From assembly GCA_000002445.1 (NCBI GenBank), contig CM000208.1, positions 3,584,001 to 3,648,000 of the forward strand: a stretch of 64,000 nt of DNA, in the 5' to 3' direction. Origin of the DNA: Trypanosoma brucei. Taxonomy: Eukaryota. The translations under genes were made by a program, and so were the position numbers. Under the pieces are notes generated by a model. It did no database searches. It had not been told where the DNA came from and saw only the letters and a program-made list of their open reading frames with translations. Shown here one piece after another: positions 51,649-62,641 of the stretch (positions are counted from its first letter, which is position 1; the number at the start of each line of letters is the position of its first letter).

Positions 51649-52368
51649 ATGGCAGGCGGATCTACCTCCCCGGCCGTACGGGCACAGCAGATGATGAAAA
51701 CTGCGGACTTGGTGAACAAGTTCGTCATATCAACAGCACAGTTCTTGAATAGGTTTGCTGCGTATTGTGAAAGTAAGCTGCTTGAAACAAACCGGTCACT
51801 TCAGCGGTTGGAGACTCTTACACTGTTATTGGAAGCCAAAATCGCGAGCGTGGACGATGAGCTTAAGGAGACCCAACCGCAGACTGTTGAAGGTCAGACT
51901 ACCGTGAAGGCCCTAGGCGACAATGTGGCAAGGCTGATGATACCCGACCGCCAGGTTCCTCCACCCATGCCCGGGCTTTCGCCGGAGGGCGGCCAGCGGA
52001 GGTTACCACCACCACCGCCTTCGCATCAAAACCGGAAGGGTCCTCCCCCACCCCCGGGTTCAGCGGCACCAGCCGTCAAAGCCCCTCCTCCCCCTCCGGT
52101 GCCGCTTCCACCCCTGATGCCCGGGCCTCCACCACCGGGTGCGCTGCCGGTGCAACCCCCACCGATGCCACTAATGGGTGGCGTGCCAATGAGGTCCCAC
52201 CCACGACTTGCCGGTTATTATCAGATGCTGGCCTTGAGGGTTCCGGCGGAGGTCATAAAGGAGAAAATGCGATCAGATGGGTATCAACCCGAGTGGTTGG
52301 ACACCCCTGATGCCGTGTCTCCATCAGCACTGCCAAGTAGAAAGAGGGACATGTACGATTCCGATTAG
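51649..52368 (+). CDS. WASH complex subunit 3 (CCDC53/WASHC3)-like protein with central polyproline region
   Basis: The N-terminus FVISTAQFLNRFAAYCESKLLETNRSLQRLETLTLLLEAKIASVDDEL matches CCDC53 FVVHTVQFLNRFSTVCEEKLADLSLRIQQIETTLNILDAKLSSIPGLDD. The C-terminus YYQMLALRVPAEVIKEKMRSDGYQPEWLDTPDAVSP matches CCDC53 YLKMVQVGVPVMAIRNKMISEGLDPDLLERPDAPVPD. The middle is PPPPP-rich. Confidence 0.7.
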   Translation: MAGGSTSPAVRAQQMMKTADLVNKFVISTAQFLNRFAAYCESKLLETNRSLQRLETLTLLLEAKIASVDDELKETQPQTVEGQTTVKALGDNVARLMIPDRQVPPPMPGLSPEGGQRRLPPPPPSHQNRKGPPPPPGSAAPAVKAPPPPPVPLPPLMPGPPPPGALPVQPPPMPLMGGVPMRSHPRLAGYYQMLALRVPAEVIKEKMRSDGYQPEWLDTPDAVSPSALPSRKRDMYDSD

Positions 52369-52838
52369 ATGCACAACATCTATCCTAATCTCTTTATTCG
52401 TTGAAGGTATCGGCCAAGGTTGTGTCTATGATATGGATGTGGTGCATTTTGCAGTTGAATGGCGTTAGGCTTGCTTCGCCGTCGGCCTACGTGTACCGGG
52501 GAAGGTTCATAATTTCTCTGCGCGTTGGTGTGGGTTTTTTCTTGTTATATTGTTGGGTGATTTCCGTTGTACCCAGACCTTAATGCAGACACATGCGTGC
52601 ATACAGGAAAACACATGTGAGTGGTAATATTATTATTACTTTTATTTTTATTATTTATTCCATTTACTCTCCCCGATTACTTCAAAGTGCGTGGCTGTGA
52701 GAGAGGTATACAAGTTGTTACCCACACGGCAATACGTGAAGAAGGTTAAAGAGACCCTGCCGTTGCGGCAGTTTGTACCTGAGGTTGTACGTTACACGGG
52801 TGCAGGGGCGGCACAAAAAAACATAAATTAGCGTAAAG

Positions 52839-53702
52839 GTGCGCGGAGCTTTGTTTAAAACAAGTTCATCTACTGCGAAACATAACACAATGCGACGGGG
52901 AAGTGGATTTGTGCACCTCAACACACCGGCGGCAATCTCCTACTCTCCAGGGCAACAAGTCTCTCTATCGGATCTCCGACAAAAGCGCCGCCGTGAGGAA
53001 TGTGTCGTATTACCCCCTATTATGACCGTGTGGCGGAGCGCCTTTAGTCAATACACGAAGATGTGGGGTTTAACTAAGTTTGCAGGCGATATCGAAGCTG
53101 AACGGGAAGGTGAGGGACCAATTTTACCACCCATAAGGGAGGAAACAGTGGTCAAGTCAACCACTCACAGTTTCAAAGGGAAAAGTACGACCGTAGCCGC
53201 TGCCGTTGCTACCCCACCAGGGGAAAAAGGTATCGAAATCGTGTCACACCACAAGCTTTGTGGTAAGCAGAGGTTTGTTTATCCTGATCATGATGGTGTG
53301 CTATCATCGGGAATAGTACCGAAGGTTGTGATATCAAAAGAGGAAGAGGAGGAGATGGAAGCGAACAAAAAATACTATATTTCCCCACAGGAAATGACTG
53401 AAGAGGAGCGGAATGCTTTCGAGGAATTGGATGCAATGTGGAAGAGCTACGCCCGTGGCCGTAGCGAACAAGGGGCAAGACACAGGGCATTTGCTGGCAC
53501 CGTTACACCCGGGGATGCCATGACAGAAGTTGAAGAAGAAACGGGGAACAACCGTGGAAATGCACGACGAAGGCTAGAGTCTCATACACCAAGGCAGCAC
53601 CCACAGGAATCTGCTGCGGAGGGTAATTCGGTAGCACATAATACTGAAGAGGCGCTAGATGATGCACTGCGGTTAATTGATGAACTGTTAGAGTTCAACT
53701 AA
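52839..53702 (+). CDS. Hypothetical protein (287 aa; alternative start at MRRGSGF, 52890)
   Basis: + strand ORF with acidic C-terminal half; no domain recognised. Confidence 0.55.
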   Translation: MRGALFKTSSSTAKHNTMRRGSGFVHLNTPAAISYSPGQQVSLSDLRQKRRREECVVLPPIMTVWRSAFSQYTKMWGLTKFAGDIEAEREGEGPILPPIREETVVKSTTHSFKGKSTTVAAAVATPPGEKGIEIVSHHKLCGKQRFVYPDHDGVLSSGIVPKVVISKEEEEEMEANKKYYISPQEMTEEERNAFEELDAMWKSYARGRSEQGARHRAFAGTVTPGDAMTEVEEETGNNRGNARRRLESHTPRQHPQESAAEGNSVAHNTEEALDDALRLIDELLEFN

Positions 53703-54298
53703 CATCGTGGTGGAGCGCGCTGCCACTGGGATCCGCATGAAGATACCTTCCTTTGAACCGCATACGTTGCGTTCGGGACGTTTCCTCAAGGGTACTGGTC
53801 GACAGCTTTTTTTTTTTTGTAATCCACAATTACCTGTTGCTTTCACCAGCTGCTCCAGGTTTTTCGGGTTCTTTGCGCAGCCGCGTGCTCCCTTGCCTTT
53901 TTGTTGTTGATCATTCCAAATTCCATCGACACGTGCGTACATCTGCAGGTAGGTTTATGCGTGTGCAAAACCTGATTGTTGACGGAGGCGAGATATGCGT
54001 TTGTCCTCGGATAACAACTTTATTTGGAGGAATTTTTAAGTGTTTTTGCTAAAGAGCATATTCCCCCTTTAAGCTGTTCTTCACATTATTGTTGCTGCCG
54101 CCGCTATTTAGTGGTGTGTTAGGCCACAAAAAAAAAGGTTTGATACCCTCCCCCCACCCGCATGAAATACTCTGCTCACATATTCTGTTTGGTTCAATAA
54201 ATGACATTAAATTAAGCGAACATGAGTTTGGTTTACCTCTATTTTTCTTCTGTCGAAGGGAAAGTTGTATTCAAAGTGGAGGGATAGCCCATAACATC

Positions 54299-54883
54299 AT
54301 GTATCGGCTCATGGTTCCGCACAAAACAGCAAAATGGGCCTCTGCAAGTGCTCCGAGAGCATTCCGGAACGCATTCCGGCGATGTAGCACTCAAGAGGGT
54401 GAGGCTGCTGCGGCATCCCGCACGGGTAAATCAACAGTCGGAGACACTTCAGCTGGATGCCAACAGACGGGACCTCAACGCAAGGATTGGCGTACAGGAA
54501 AAGAGGTTGTGTACGTCAAGGGTGTGCCAGTGAAGGGACCGCTACGGAAGTTACCACGCAAAGAACAAATACTTGTGTGCGTTATCTTCTCCATAACGGG
54601 GAGCGCTGCGGTGTATTTTGTTCGACCAGTCATAAGGAATTGTGTAACCAATGGGTTTCTCGGCCTCCCGGAGGACAGCAGTTGGTCAAATGGGCCGTGG
54701 CTTTATCGATTATTGTACGTGTCAATCATGTACCCATCTTACTCCTTTCTGTTGTTTGTTATTGGCTCCCTATTCGGACGCCGTGTGTGGTTTTCCTTCA
54801 TGATCCACAAAATGTGGTCACGTTTCTTGCCAAAGAAGGCCGCAAAACGACTCAAACACATGCTTGATTTGCAACATTACTAA
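54299..54883 (+). CDS. Hypothetical membrane protein (the ORF is open from 54089; start placed at MYRLMVPHK)
   Basis: Basic/amphipathic N-terminus that may be a mitochondrial presequence, and two predicted TM helices (ILVCVIFSITGSAAVYFV; LLYVSIMYPSYSFLLFVIGSLF). The upstream 70 codons translate pyrimidine-rich DNA. Confidence 0.5.
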   Translation: MYRLMVPHKTAKWASASAPRAFRNAFRRCSTQEGEAAAASRTGKSTVGDTSAGCQQTGPQRKDWRTGKEVVYVKGVPVKGPLRKLPRKEQILVCVIFSITGSAAVYFVRPVIRNCVTNGFLGLPEDSSWSNGPWLYRLLYVSIMYPSYSFLLFVIGSLFGRRVWFSFMIHKMWSRFLPKKAAKRLKHMLDLQHY

Positions 54884-55625
54884 CGTCTTGCCGCATCCGC
54901 TTGAGCTACAGGTGGACGTGTGTGCCTTTGAGGAGCGTGGAAAAAATTAAACGGGTGGCGGGGTAGAAGGTTCCTTCCGGCGCGCCGTCACTTTCGTGCA
55001 GTTTCACGCTCAGTTTCAGTGGACGTTTCGTGCAGACATATGACTCGAACATTACAGAGAGGGAAAAATGTAACACAGATTTATTAACTTCTAAATGCCT
55101 GCCGCAGGCAATGAATAGGAGTATGGGTAAATATCTTCGGACGCCTAGGCGCCGTGCCGTACGTTTTTGTATGGAGCGGTGGAAGCGGCTGTTATTTATT
55201 GTTTGTCTTACATTATTCGTTGATTGCAACGTATTTACCGCACGTGTGTTTTGTCTTTGCTTCCAAAATGGGATTCACTAGGGAAGTGATTTCGTTACGG
55301 CATCGCGTTCAACTGTACACTGCTTTTTCTGCTTGTTTTGCTTTCTCCCTGCTGGTGTGATTCAATTTTTTACAATGGCATGTATATATTTGCATGCGTG
55401 TCGACTACCTCTGTTTTCTTCTATAAGTTGTTGGAAGGAAGTGGGGAGAAGAGAAACTCTACCCACTGTTAACGATTCGTGAAGCGTCGCAGCAAAAAAA
55501 AAAGTAGTAGTAGGTTTATCAAAAAGTTTGCTGTCGGTGAATAGAGGGGCGCGGGCTGAAGTGGAGGGGTGACAAGTGCGGAGTATTAGAAAGAGAAGCA
55601 ATAGAGCAAATTTGAGTCAATAACA

Positions 55626-56438
55626 ATGTCAGATTGGAAGGCCGCTGCGAATGTGTTTGGCCGAGGAACGGCTGCCGGTGACGCCATTTACCGGTGCTAC
55701 GCCCGGCCAGTTAAGGAGAGTACCTTAGACCCGGTGCTGTTAGAACATTTCAAGAAGTTGAGGCGACAAAGAGAGGAGGAAGAAGCCCAAATGTATCGTC
55801 CAAAACCCATTCCAAAATCCAAAGCCATGATCAACCGGCCTCGCCCGTGTGCTGGGCCAAGATTGACAGCAGAGGAGATTGCGAGACGGCGACTTGCAGC
55901 CATACCGCGTAAGAAGCCAGAAAGTGTCATTCAGCGGGAGTTGAGCAGCTTCGCGCCACTGCCAATGCGGAAGTTTAACCGACCGCCTTTGAACGATAAT
56001 GAGAAGGAACGGCTCGGACAAATATTTCAGTTTGGTGAGGTCCCCGGCAAACCAAAGGAGTTCACGGGGGTTATCCGCTCCCGCTATGCCGCGTTGGATA
56101 AACGGTATGGACTGAAGGAAAAATTCGAGGCACTTGCGAAAAAGGTTTTGGAGCTGCGAGAAGAGCTTAACAAGATGCAGGAGGAGCGCCTCTCTGCATC
56201 ACCCCATCACGATGTAGAGACGACAAAAGGAAGGGGACGGGGCGCTTTCAACCTCCTCAGGCGCAACCCGCTTAAAGTGGCGGGGCTGCAGTTACGTGAA
56301 CAGGATATACAGAATGAGATCAGTAATTGCCTGACCGAGATGAAGACACTGGATGCGGAGATTCGCAGACTTAATATAAGGGAGTCGAAGGATCACGGTG
56401 TGGAAATCGGTGGGGACAGTGTTGAGGCCATTCCATAG
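55626..56438 (+). CDS. Hypothetical coiled-coil protein (270 aa)
   Basis: + strand ORF beginning MSDWKAAANVFG with a C-terminal heptad-rich region (KFEALAKKVLELREELNKMQEERL). No family assigned. Confidence 0.65.
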   Translation: MSDWKAAANVFGRGTAAGDAIYRCYARPVKESTLDPVLLEHFKKLRRQREEEEAQMYRPKPIPKSKAMINRPRPCAGPRLTAEEIARRRLAAIPRKKPESVIQRELSSFAPLPMRKFNRPPLNDNEKERLGQIFQFGEVPGKPKEFTGVIRSRYAALDKRYGLKEKFEALAKKVLELREELNKMQEERLSASPHHDVETTKGRGRGAFNLLRRNPLKVAGLQLREQDIQNEISNCLTEMKTLDAEIRRLNIRESKDHGVEIGGDSVEAIP

Positions 56439-57099
56439 AAATATTTCACTGGGGAAAGTAAAAAGGGCGAAAACCCTTCCTTCTTTGATGGTCCCCCCGT
56501 TCCTACTTTTAACTTTTAATTCCACGCTAGCATTTCCATTTCCGGAAGTGTCCTCGGCCCCTGTTATTAGCACCGAGTGAAATTCAGGATAGGCAAGGAG
56601 TGTGCAGCGGTGACAATCGAGAACAACGAGGATGGGATGAACATGACGGGCATGCGGATCCGCGAAAATTGCTTATTTATTCTTCTGTTTTCTAAGTCGG
56701 ACTAGTGATTGAATCGAGGAGGGAAGAAAGGAAAAAAGGGGGACGAGGGGAACCTACTTTTTTAGTGAGGTGACGATTCCATGGTACTGTTTTTTTTTTC
56801 CTGTATTCATAGCGGTTCTAGAGCCCCTCCAACGGGGATACCAGTTCACAGCGGTTGGGGTGGTCTAAGAGAGACCAAGCGCGTGTGCATTGATGCTTGT
56901 TTGTGTAACATACAGTAAGTTTGTGAGTGTGTGTGTGTGTGGGGGGGGGGCGAAAAGCCAGTCGCACGTGTTGATCTTCTACCACTTACCTATTTTTTCT
57001 ACGTTTTGTAACTGTACTGCATCTTCTGCCATAGGGCGAAGTGCGGCTTGTAGGTCGCAACCGCACCTGTAACCCCTGCCAGGTACAGTTGTTAGGCGA

Positions 57100-60000
57100 A
57101 TGCAGAGCGCGGGAAGCGATGGGGAGCCGGCAGCTTGTACCAGTGCCATTTCAGCGTTGCAGCTTACCAACAGCTCTGCAGCTGTACTCTGTGGTGAAAA
57201 AGCACCCGAGATGTCCATCACACTGCTAGATGAAATAGTGCAGTTCCTGTCACCACTTCAGCTGCAAGGGTACATCTCCCGAATCATTGATGTTTGTGGT
57301 ACGCAACGAGTTGAGGAGCTCATACTGTGTGTTAGGTGCGAGAAGGATGTGGAAAACTTACTTGGAGAGCGATCGTCTCTGCAACAGCGACAAAATATGT
57401 GGAAGGGTTTGTGCAAGTATAAAAAGCTAGCTGCAAAGCGCCTGCAGCAGGAGATGAGGAAGAATGTGCCTCCCAAACGAACCCGTGTTGGTGTATTGAA
57501 CCCTACTGCTGGTCTCACCGGCGGTGCCACAACAACGACAAGTAGTGGAATCGGAGCCCCACCTCTGCGCCCGAAGCCTTTGTTCGATGCGTCAATTGGG
57601 TTCATTAATCGGTTAGCGTTTGCAGGGTACCAAGACAGTGGAGCTGACTTGGAGAAGCAGGACTTACCTCTAAATGTAGACAGCTTTCAGAAGACTTCTC
57701 TTGAGCTCGGTAATGGGGTACAGGATGTGGTAGCTCCACTTCAACTCAGTTTGCAGACGTTAAGTTCCTTGGGTTCCTCGCACATTTCGTTGAGTAGTCC
57801 GACCTCTTCTGGGGAGAAGCGCTACCGCCATGAGCGAGTACCACTTGTTTCGCTGTGTACCGCGGGGAAAGCGGGCGACGACCCCGAACATGGGGGTGCA
57901 GTGTATTGTGGTGAAATGTGGAGCTGTTCAAGTGAAGAGGATGAGGGGGTTGGGGCAGCACCCACCACGACATCATCACCGGAAAGGCCTGACTCTCACG
58001 TGAAGGAAACCATGGAACTGTGCAAAGCACAGTTAGATCAGCTGAGGAGAACGTTGAATGCAGCCGTTGAAGAAGCCGTATCGGTGTATAACAACGGGCT
58101 GCAGATACTGCAGGCGTGCCTAAAGGACGCGGTTGGTGACGTTTTGCCAGGAATTAGCAGTATCGCTACCGATGAAATTCGTGTCGAAGTGTTAGCTTTT
58201 ACTCAAACCCCGAGGCTGCGAGTGGAATTACACCCCCAGGAGCAACTCTGTGCTCTGGCACCGGACGATGCGATGAAAGCTACTTCGTCAGAAACGGCCA
58301 TGAAAGAGGCGCCTAATTCGCCTTGTCACAATCAAAGTTGTACTGGACCTCCGTCCGTGGGGGAACGGGGCGCATTAGAAGAGATCATTGCTGACGATGC
58401 GCCTATTTCCTTACCAGTGAGGGCAAGGGAACCCTCGTGTTCTTCTACCGTCGTTCCCAGCAACGCAGTCGGTTCATTTCATCCGCAGGTACCGAATGCA
58501 TGTGGTGAAAGCAACGCCACGCGAAAGAGCCCCCAAAACGAGCGTAATCATATGTTTCAAGAGATCTCTTGCAACGAACCAGGCGCTGTGTTGGAAAACA
58601 ATGCCACTGTCGAGTGCGGGGAGGACAGTTGTCGAAGTGTGCGCGTGTCAACCCCCACTGTTGTTGCCGTACCGTCTATTAGGAATACCGAAGCAACTCC
58701 TACGAGTGGCCCAGGTGGTGTGCGCTGCCGAGAGGCGATATTAATTTCGAGTGCGAGTAGGACGAGCGGTAGTTCCACTGCGCTCAATCATGTGGGTCAT
58801 GTAGGGGTGAGCACGACACCCGATGGAAACGGCGACTGTAATGTTGTTGAGGGAGCCGAAACTTCCGAGCCGTTTGATACTTCTCCTTTAGGTGAGTTTG
58901 GTCTGCATGCCATTCCACGCCCTGCTGACGTCAGAACCGTGCTTTTTGACTCACCGCAATGGCACATTGTTACACGGCAGGGGAATGAAGACTACTCGCA
59001 GATCATCGCTGGGAGTCAGGTTATTTATGTGGATGATGCCTCATCTAGCGTAACTGCTGCGGTAGGGCCAAAAGATACTACTAAACAGTTTGGCAATGTT
59101 GTTGATGCCCACTGGAACATGAACAAGTGTGGTGTTGGCTCCCCGGAGGCGACTACGATGGGCGGCACCTCGCTTCGACAGCGAAGCCTTTCCATAGTGG
59201 AAGATACCATGCCCATACAGGAATTGCATGATGTTGAGCAGGAAACGGTGTGTCAACGACAAAACGGTTTGGACTCATACTTACCCTTGTCGGAATCGTC
59301 AAATACAACAGGAGTCGTCGAGCGCTCTCTCGAGCCGTACGAATCCACCACTGCTTTTGAATTGTCCGTAATGGAGAACGCGGGCCCCAGCAGTCATTCC
59401 CAAGGAATCTCCGGACGGGGAAGTGATACGAATGCGGTCGAGTTTCTTGACGGAGAGCACTGTGGCAACGCCATGGCGCCAACCCGGTTTTTAACTGACA
59501 TACTTACCCCTACGACGTCCCCGCGACCGCCTGGTACATGGAGTGCAGTGGAGACGCCAGAGAAGGATAATTCGACTCAGATTAACATGGTGGAAGGTTT
59601 GATGGGAGAAGACATCAATGCATTGGATTATGATACCTTGAAGGATTTGTGCGGCAAGCTGGGTCTTAAGGTCCCCGGTGACTATACTTTTGGCGATTGT
59701 GATGATGAGAGTCAGTTTATTGGCAGCGCGTTCAGTCACCAAAATGATGAAATTTGTGACTCCACAGGGCTGTCTGGTGATAACGGCAATAGTTGCCCTG
59801 CGCACGATGCGGTTAATGGGGCGTTTGCGGTGTGTGGTGGTGATGCTGGAAATGAGGAAACACTTCAGCAACCACCGCATGGACAAAAGGGTTACACACC
59901 TCAACTGAGTGGGTTGTTGACGCGAGATGAAAGTGAGAACTGTGGTAAGAGGTCAGCTGCCACACCTCCCTTCTCCATGGATGCAGAGGATTCCGAGTGG

Positions 60001-60744
60001 TATGATGCGCAACGTACTGCGAAAGAAGGGCAAATGCGGGAAGTGCTTCGACTGTTCATTACGCGGCATTTCTTCATGCAAGATGTGGCAGCGTTTTTCC
60101 TCCATCGTTTGCCACGGTTCTCGGGTGGATCTGCATATAAACGACTTCGGGTCAGCGATTTCTTGAAAACGCGCTTTGTTTTAACCCAGGGGGAGCTTGA
60201 GGAGGAACGACGTGTTGCGAGAGTTAAGGAGTTGGAAGAGATGAACTGCTGTGTTCTCTCTAGTCTTGCTGGTGACTCGGCCGAGCGTGTTGAAAGGCAA
60301 GCACTTAATTTCTTGAGGAATAATACGGCGTCTCTCGGCGATCAACAACTAGACTCATCACTTATATTCGATCCAAATCGCTCATCCAGCCAGGTGGACA
60401 ACGCGGATCAAGATGAGCTTTCGCTTTATGAAAAACTGCTTCTCATGGAACCAACTGATGTTCATACTGTAACGGGACTTGTGCAAACGGACTTTCCACA
60501 TGTGACTCGACATCGCGTGGAGACACTTATGAGGGAAGCCGGTGTTCCTATAATCTGCTTGCAGCGTGTTCACAACACTCAGGGACCTGCTGACGGCGAT
60601 GTCGATGTGACCCAGCGCCCAACTACACCCACTTCACCGACAGGGAGTTCACGTACTGAAGTAACCCAGCGCAATCAATTTCACAACCGGAAAAAAAAAT
60701 TCTTTGCCCAACGCACTTTGTTCACACGTGCGCGCGATCGATAG
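57100..60744 (+). CDS. Large hypothetical protein (1214 aa), Ser/Thr-rich middle, conserved-looking C-terminal region
   Basis: Uninterrupted 3.6 kb + strand ORF of non-repetitive composition; no domain recognised by eye. Confidence 0.7.
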   Translation: MQSAGSDGEPAACTSAISALQLTNSSAAVLCGEKAPEMSITLLDEIVQFLSPLQLQGYISRIIDVCGTQRVEELILCVRCEKDVENLLGERSSLQQRQNMWKGLCKYKKLAAKRLQQEMRKNVPPKRTRVGVLNPTAGLTGGATTTTSSGIGAPPLRPKPLFDASIGFINRLAFAGYQDSGADLEKQDLPLNVDSFQKTSLELGNGVQDVVAPLQLSLQTLSSLGSSHISLSSPTSSGEKRYRHERVPLVSLCTAGKAGDDPEHGGAVYCGEMWSCSSEEDEGVGAAPTTTSSPERPDSHVKETMELCKAQLDQLRRTLNAAVEEAVSVYNNGLQILQACLKDAVGDVLPGISSIATDEIRVEVLAFTQTPRLRVELHPQEQLCALAPDDAMKATSSETAMKEAPNSPCHNQSCTGPPSVGERGALEEIIADDAPISLPVRAREPSCSSTVVPSNAVGSFHPQVPNACGESNATRKSPQNERNHMFQEISCNEPGAVLENNATVECGEDSCRSVRVSTPTVVAVPSIRNTEATPTSGPGGVRCREAILISSASRTSGSSTALNHVGHVGVSTTPDGNGDCNVVEGAETSEPFDTSPLGEFGLHAIPRPADVRTVLFDSPQWHIVTRQGNEDYSQIIAGSQVIYVDDASSSVTAAVGPKDTTKQFGNVVDAHWNMNKCGVGSPEATTMGGTSLRQRSLSIVEDTMPIQELHDVEQETVCQRQNGLDSYLPLSESSNTTGVVERSLEPYESTTAFELSVMENAGPSSHSQGISGRGSDTNAVEFLDGEHCGNAMAPTRFLTDILTPTTSPRPPGTWSAVETPEKDNSTQINMVEGLMGEDINALDYDTLKDLCGKLGLKVPGDYTFGDCDDESQFIGSAFSHQNDEICDSTGLSGDNGNSCPAHDAVNGAFAVCGGDAGNEETLQQPPHGQKGYTPQLSGLLTRDESENCGKRSAATPPFSMDAEDSEWYDAQRTAKEGQMREVLRLFITRHFFMQDVAAFFLHRLPRFSGGSAYKRLRVSDFLKTRFVLTQGELEEERRVARVKELEEMNCCVLSSLAGDSAERVERQALNFLRNNTASLGDQQLDSSLIFDPNRSSSQVDNADQDELSLYEKLLLMEPTDVHTVTGLVQTDFPHVTRHRVETLMREAGVPIICLQRVHNTQGPADGDVDVTQRPTTPTSPTGSSRTEVTQRNQFHNRKKKFFAQRTLFTRARDR

Positions 60745-61183
60745 GTCGCACTAAGGACTCGCAAAATGCGGAAGAAATTCTGGGTGTGTCGCAGGAAATG
60801 CAAAAAAAAAAGAATGTTGATGAACCTGTCTTGCGATCGGAATCTGGTTCCCTCCTCTCTCTTCTTTTTCAGTTCACATTCTGTTTTTGTAACGGGTTAT
60901 CGAACACATGTCCCTGTACTTCTTTTGTTCTGTTCGTGAGCTGCCTCTTTAACACGTACTTTTTGCTTCCTCGCCTCTCTTCACTTTTCATTGTTACTCT
61001 TCTTGTTGACAACCGTTACATACGTATACATGTGCGTCTGTAACAACGTTGTTCCAAGTGTAAAAAGTTGAAGCAAAAGTTTGCTCAGTTTTTTTTTTTC
61101 GTTGCAACGGGCGTGGATCTCGCTGTTGTGCGTTTTGTATCGTGGTGCATCATTAAAAGAGAAGGTTCTTACGGGGTTCAACA

Positions 61184-62641
61184 ATGGCAAGTTCTACAGC
61201 AACCGCCGACGATGAATTGGTACCATACCATGCATTCCACAATAATGATGAAAAAATGTTTCCCATGCTAACCCTTTACTGTCCACCAGTGCCACCGTCA
61301 ATGCTTGTGGGCCGCTACAAACCTCCGCAGAAACCCCCATACAAATACCTGAACGACATATCAACTGCAGGGCTCCGTGAACACATGGCTCAAGCTACAA
61401 TTGCACGCATGTGGCGGGGTCTTCTAACCCGTCGCCGTTTAAATAATGAGGCGGTTCACCGCTACGTGCGTCAGGTATTCGCTACAAAGATCCAATGCTG
61501 GTGGCGGTTCCTCATCGCTGGGTGGAGGCGGGACAAGTTGTCCAAGATAAAACAACAGTGGGTTGAAGAGCAGAAGAAAAACTTTTTGGAGAAGCGCTTG
61601 TCCGGTCAAGCGGCCATGAGAACATGGCAGCGAAGGCGTTTTGAGGACGCCGTTATGAAAATACAGCGTGTATTCCGTTGGTACCTCAGTCGACGAGACC
61701 TTTTATTCGCTGATGAGGAAGCCAAGTCGAAGGTTCTTCCCTTCCCGGTGGATTACAAACCTAAGGTGTATTTCCCCTGGCGCCGACGTCGGGAGGAAGC
61801 GGTCCAAAAGGTAGGGGAGAAGTTTGAGACTGCAGAGGACTCCGAAGGGCTTACAGGCGGATTCCAATTCCGCAAAACACCAAAGTACCCCAGTCCACCA
61901 ACGATTGAAGAGGTCAAGGAAATTAACGATGCGATGCGCCTTCGTGAAGCGAGGCTCGCGGAGATTCTCGATCAACCGGAGGTACATGAACGCAGACAGT
62001 GGAAGATTGATGGTCTTCGGGAAGATGACTTTGACCACAATGCGGGTATGATTCAGCGTTTTGTTAAGTACAGATGGGACGACGCGAAAAGGACAACGCT
62101 GAAGCTCACGTCGGAATACTTTGAAAAGAAGGCTCGCATCATTCAGCGCTCCTTCCATTTGTATAAGACGTTCTGCAGAATGCGGCAAAGCCGTAGGCTC
62201 AATGAAAAGGCTGCAGCGCGGCTGAACACCGGCTATGCGCGAGAGAGGTTGTCCGAGCTGGAAAAGGAGCTGGCGTGGAAGAAGATTCTCCTTAATAATG
62301 CCGCCCTGACGATTCAGAAATGCTGGGCGTTCTACAAGTACAAGTTGACTGCGCATGATCCCTTCTACGCTGCCGCGAATGAGGGAGAAAAGCAAGAAGT
62401 GGATGTTGAGGTTACCGTGCCCACAGCCCCACCATACCGGCTGATTGATGATCATATCCAACGTGAAGCTCAGCTCCGCAACGCTGCTTGCTCAAGGATG
62501 GCTAGGGAAATGGAAGAAATGGTACAGGCGAGGAAAAAGACATGCGGCCAACGATTCAAACCGAAAAAACTGATTATCGCTAGTGAGGAGATGGTTTATT
62601 GCCGCCGGTGCAGTGACAGCGAGGAGAACCCAGAGATGTAA
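61184..62641 (+). CDS. IQ calmodulin-binding-motif protein (485 aa)
   Basis: At least four IQ-like motifs are present: TIARMWRGLLTRRR, ATKIQCWWRFLIAGWRR, VMKIQRVFRWYLSRR, ARIIQRSFHLYKTFCRMRQSRR, and ALTIQKCWAFYKYK. Confidence 0.7.
   Translation: MASSTATADDELVPYHAFHNNDEKMFPMLTLYCPPVPPSMLVGRYKPPQKPPYKYLNDISTAGLREHMAQATIARMWRGLLTRRRLNNEAVHRYVRQVFATKIQCWWRFLIAGWRRDKLSKIKQQWVEEQKKNFLEKRLSGQAAMRTWQRRRFEDAVMKIQRVFRWYLSRRDLLFADEEAKSKVLPFPVDYKPKVYFPWRRRREEAVQKVGEKFETAEDSEGLTGGFQFRKTPKYPSPPTIEEVKEINDAMRLREARLAEILDQPEVHERRQWKIDGLREDDFDHNAGMIQRFVKYRWDDAKRTTLKLTSEYFEKKARIIQRSFHLYKTFCRMRQSRRLNEKAAARLNTGYARERLSELEKELAWKKILLNNAALTIQKCWAFYKYKLTAHDPFYAAANEGEKQEVDVEVTVPTAPPYRLIDDHIQREAQLRNAACSRMAREMEEMVQARKKTCGQRFKPKKLIIASEEMVYCRRCSDSEENPEM

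Noticed and set aside
61703-62461. 252-aa minus-strand ORF
   Set aside because: Antisense to the IQ-motif protein gene, with no supporting signals.
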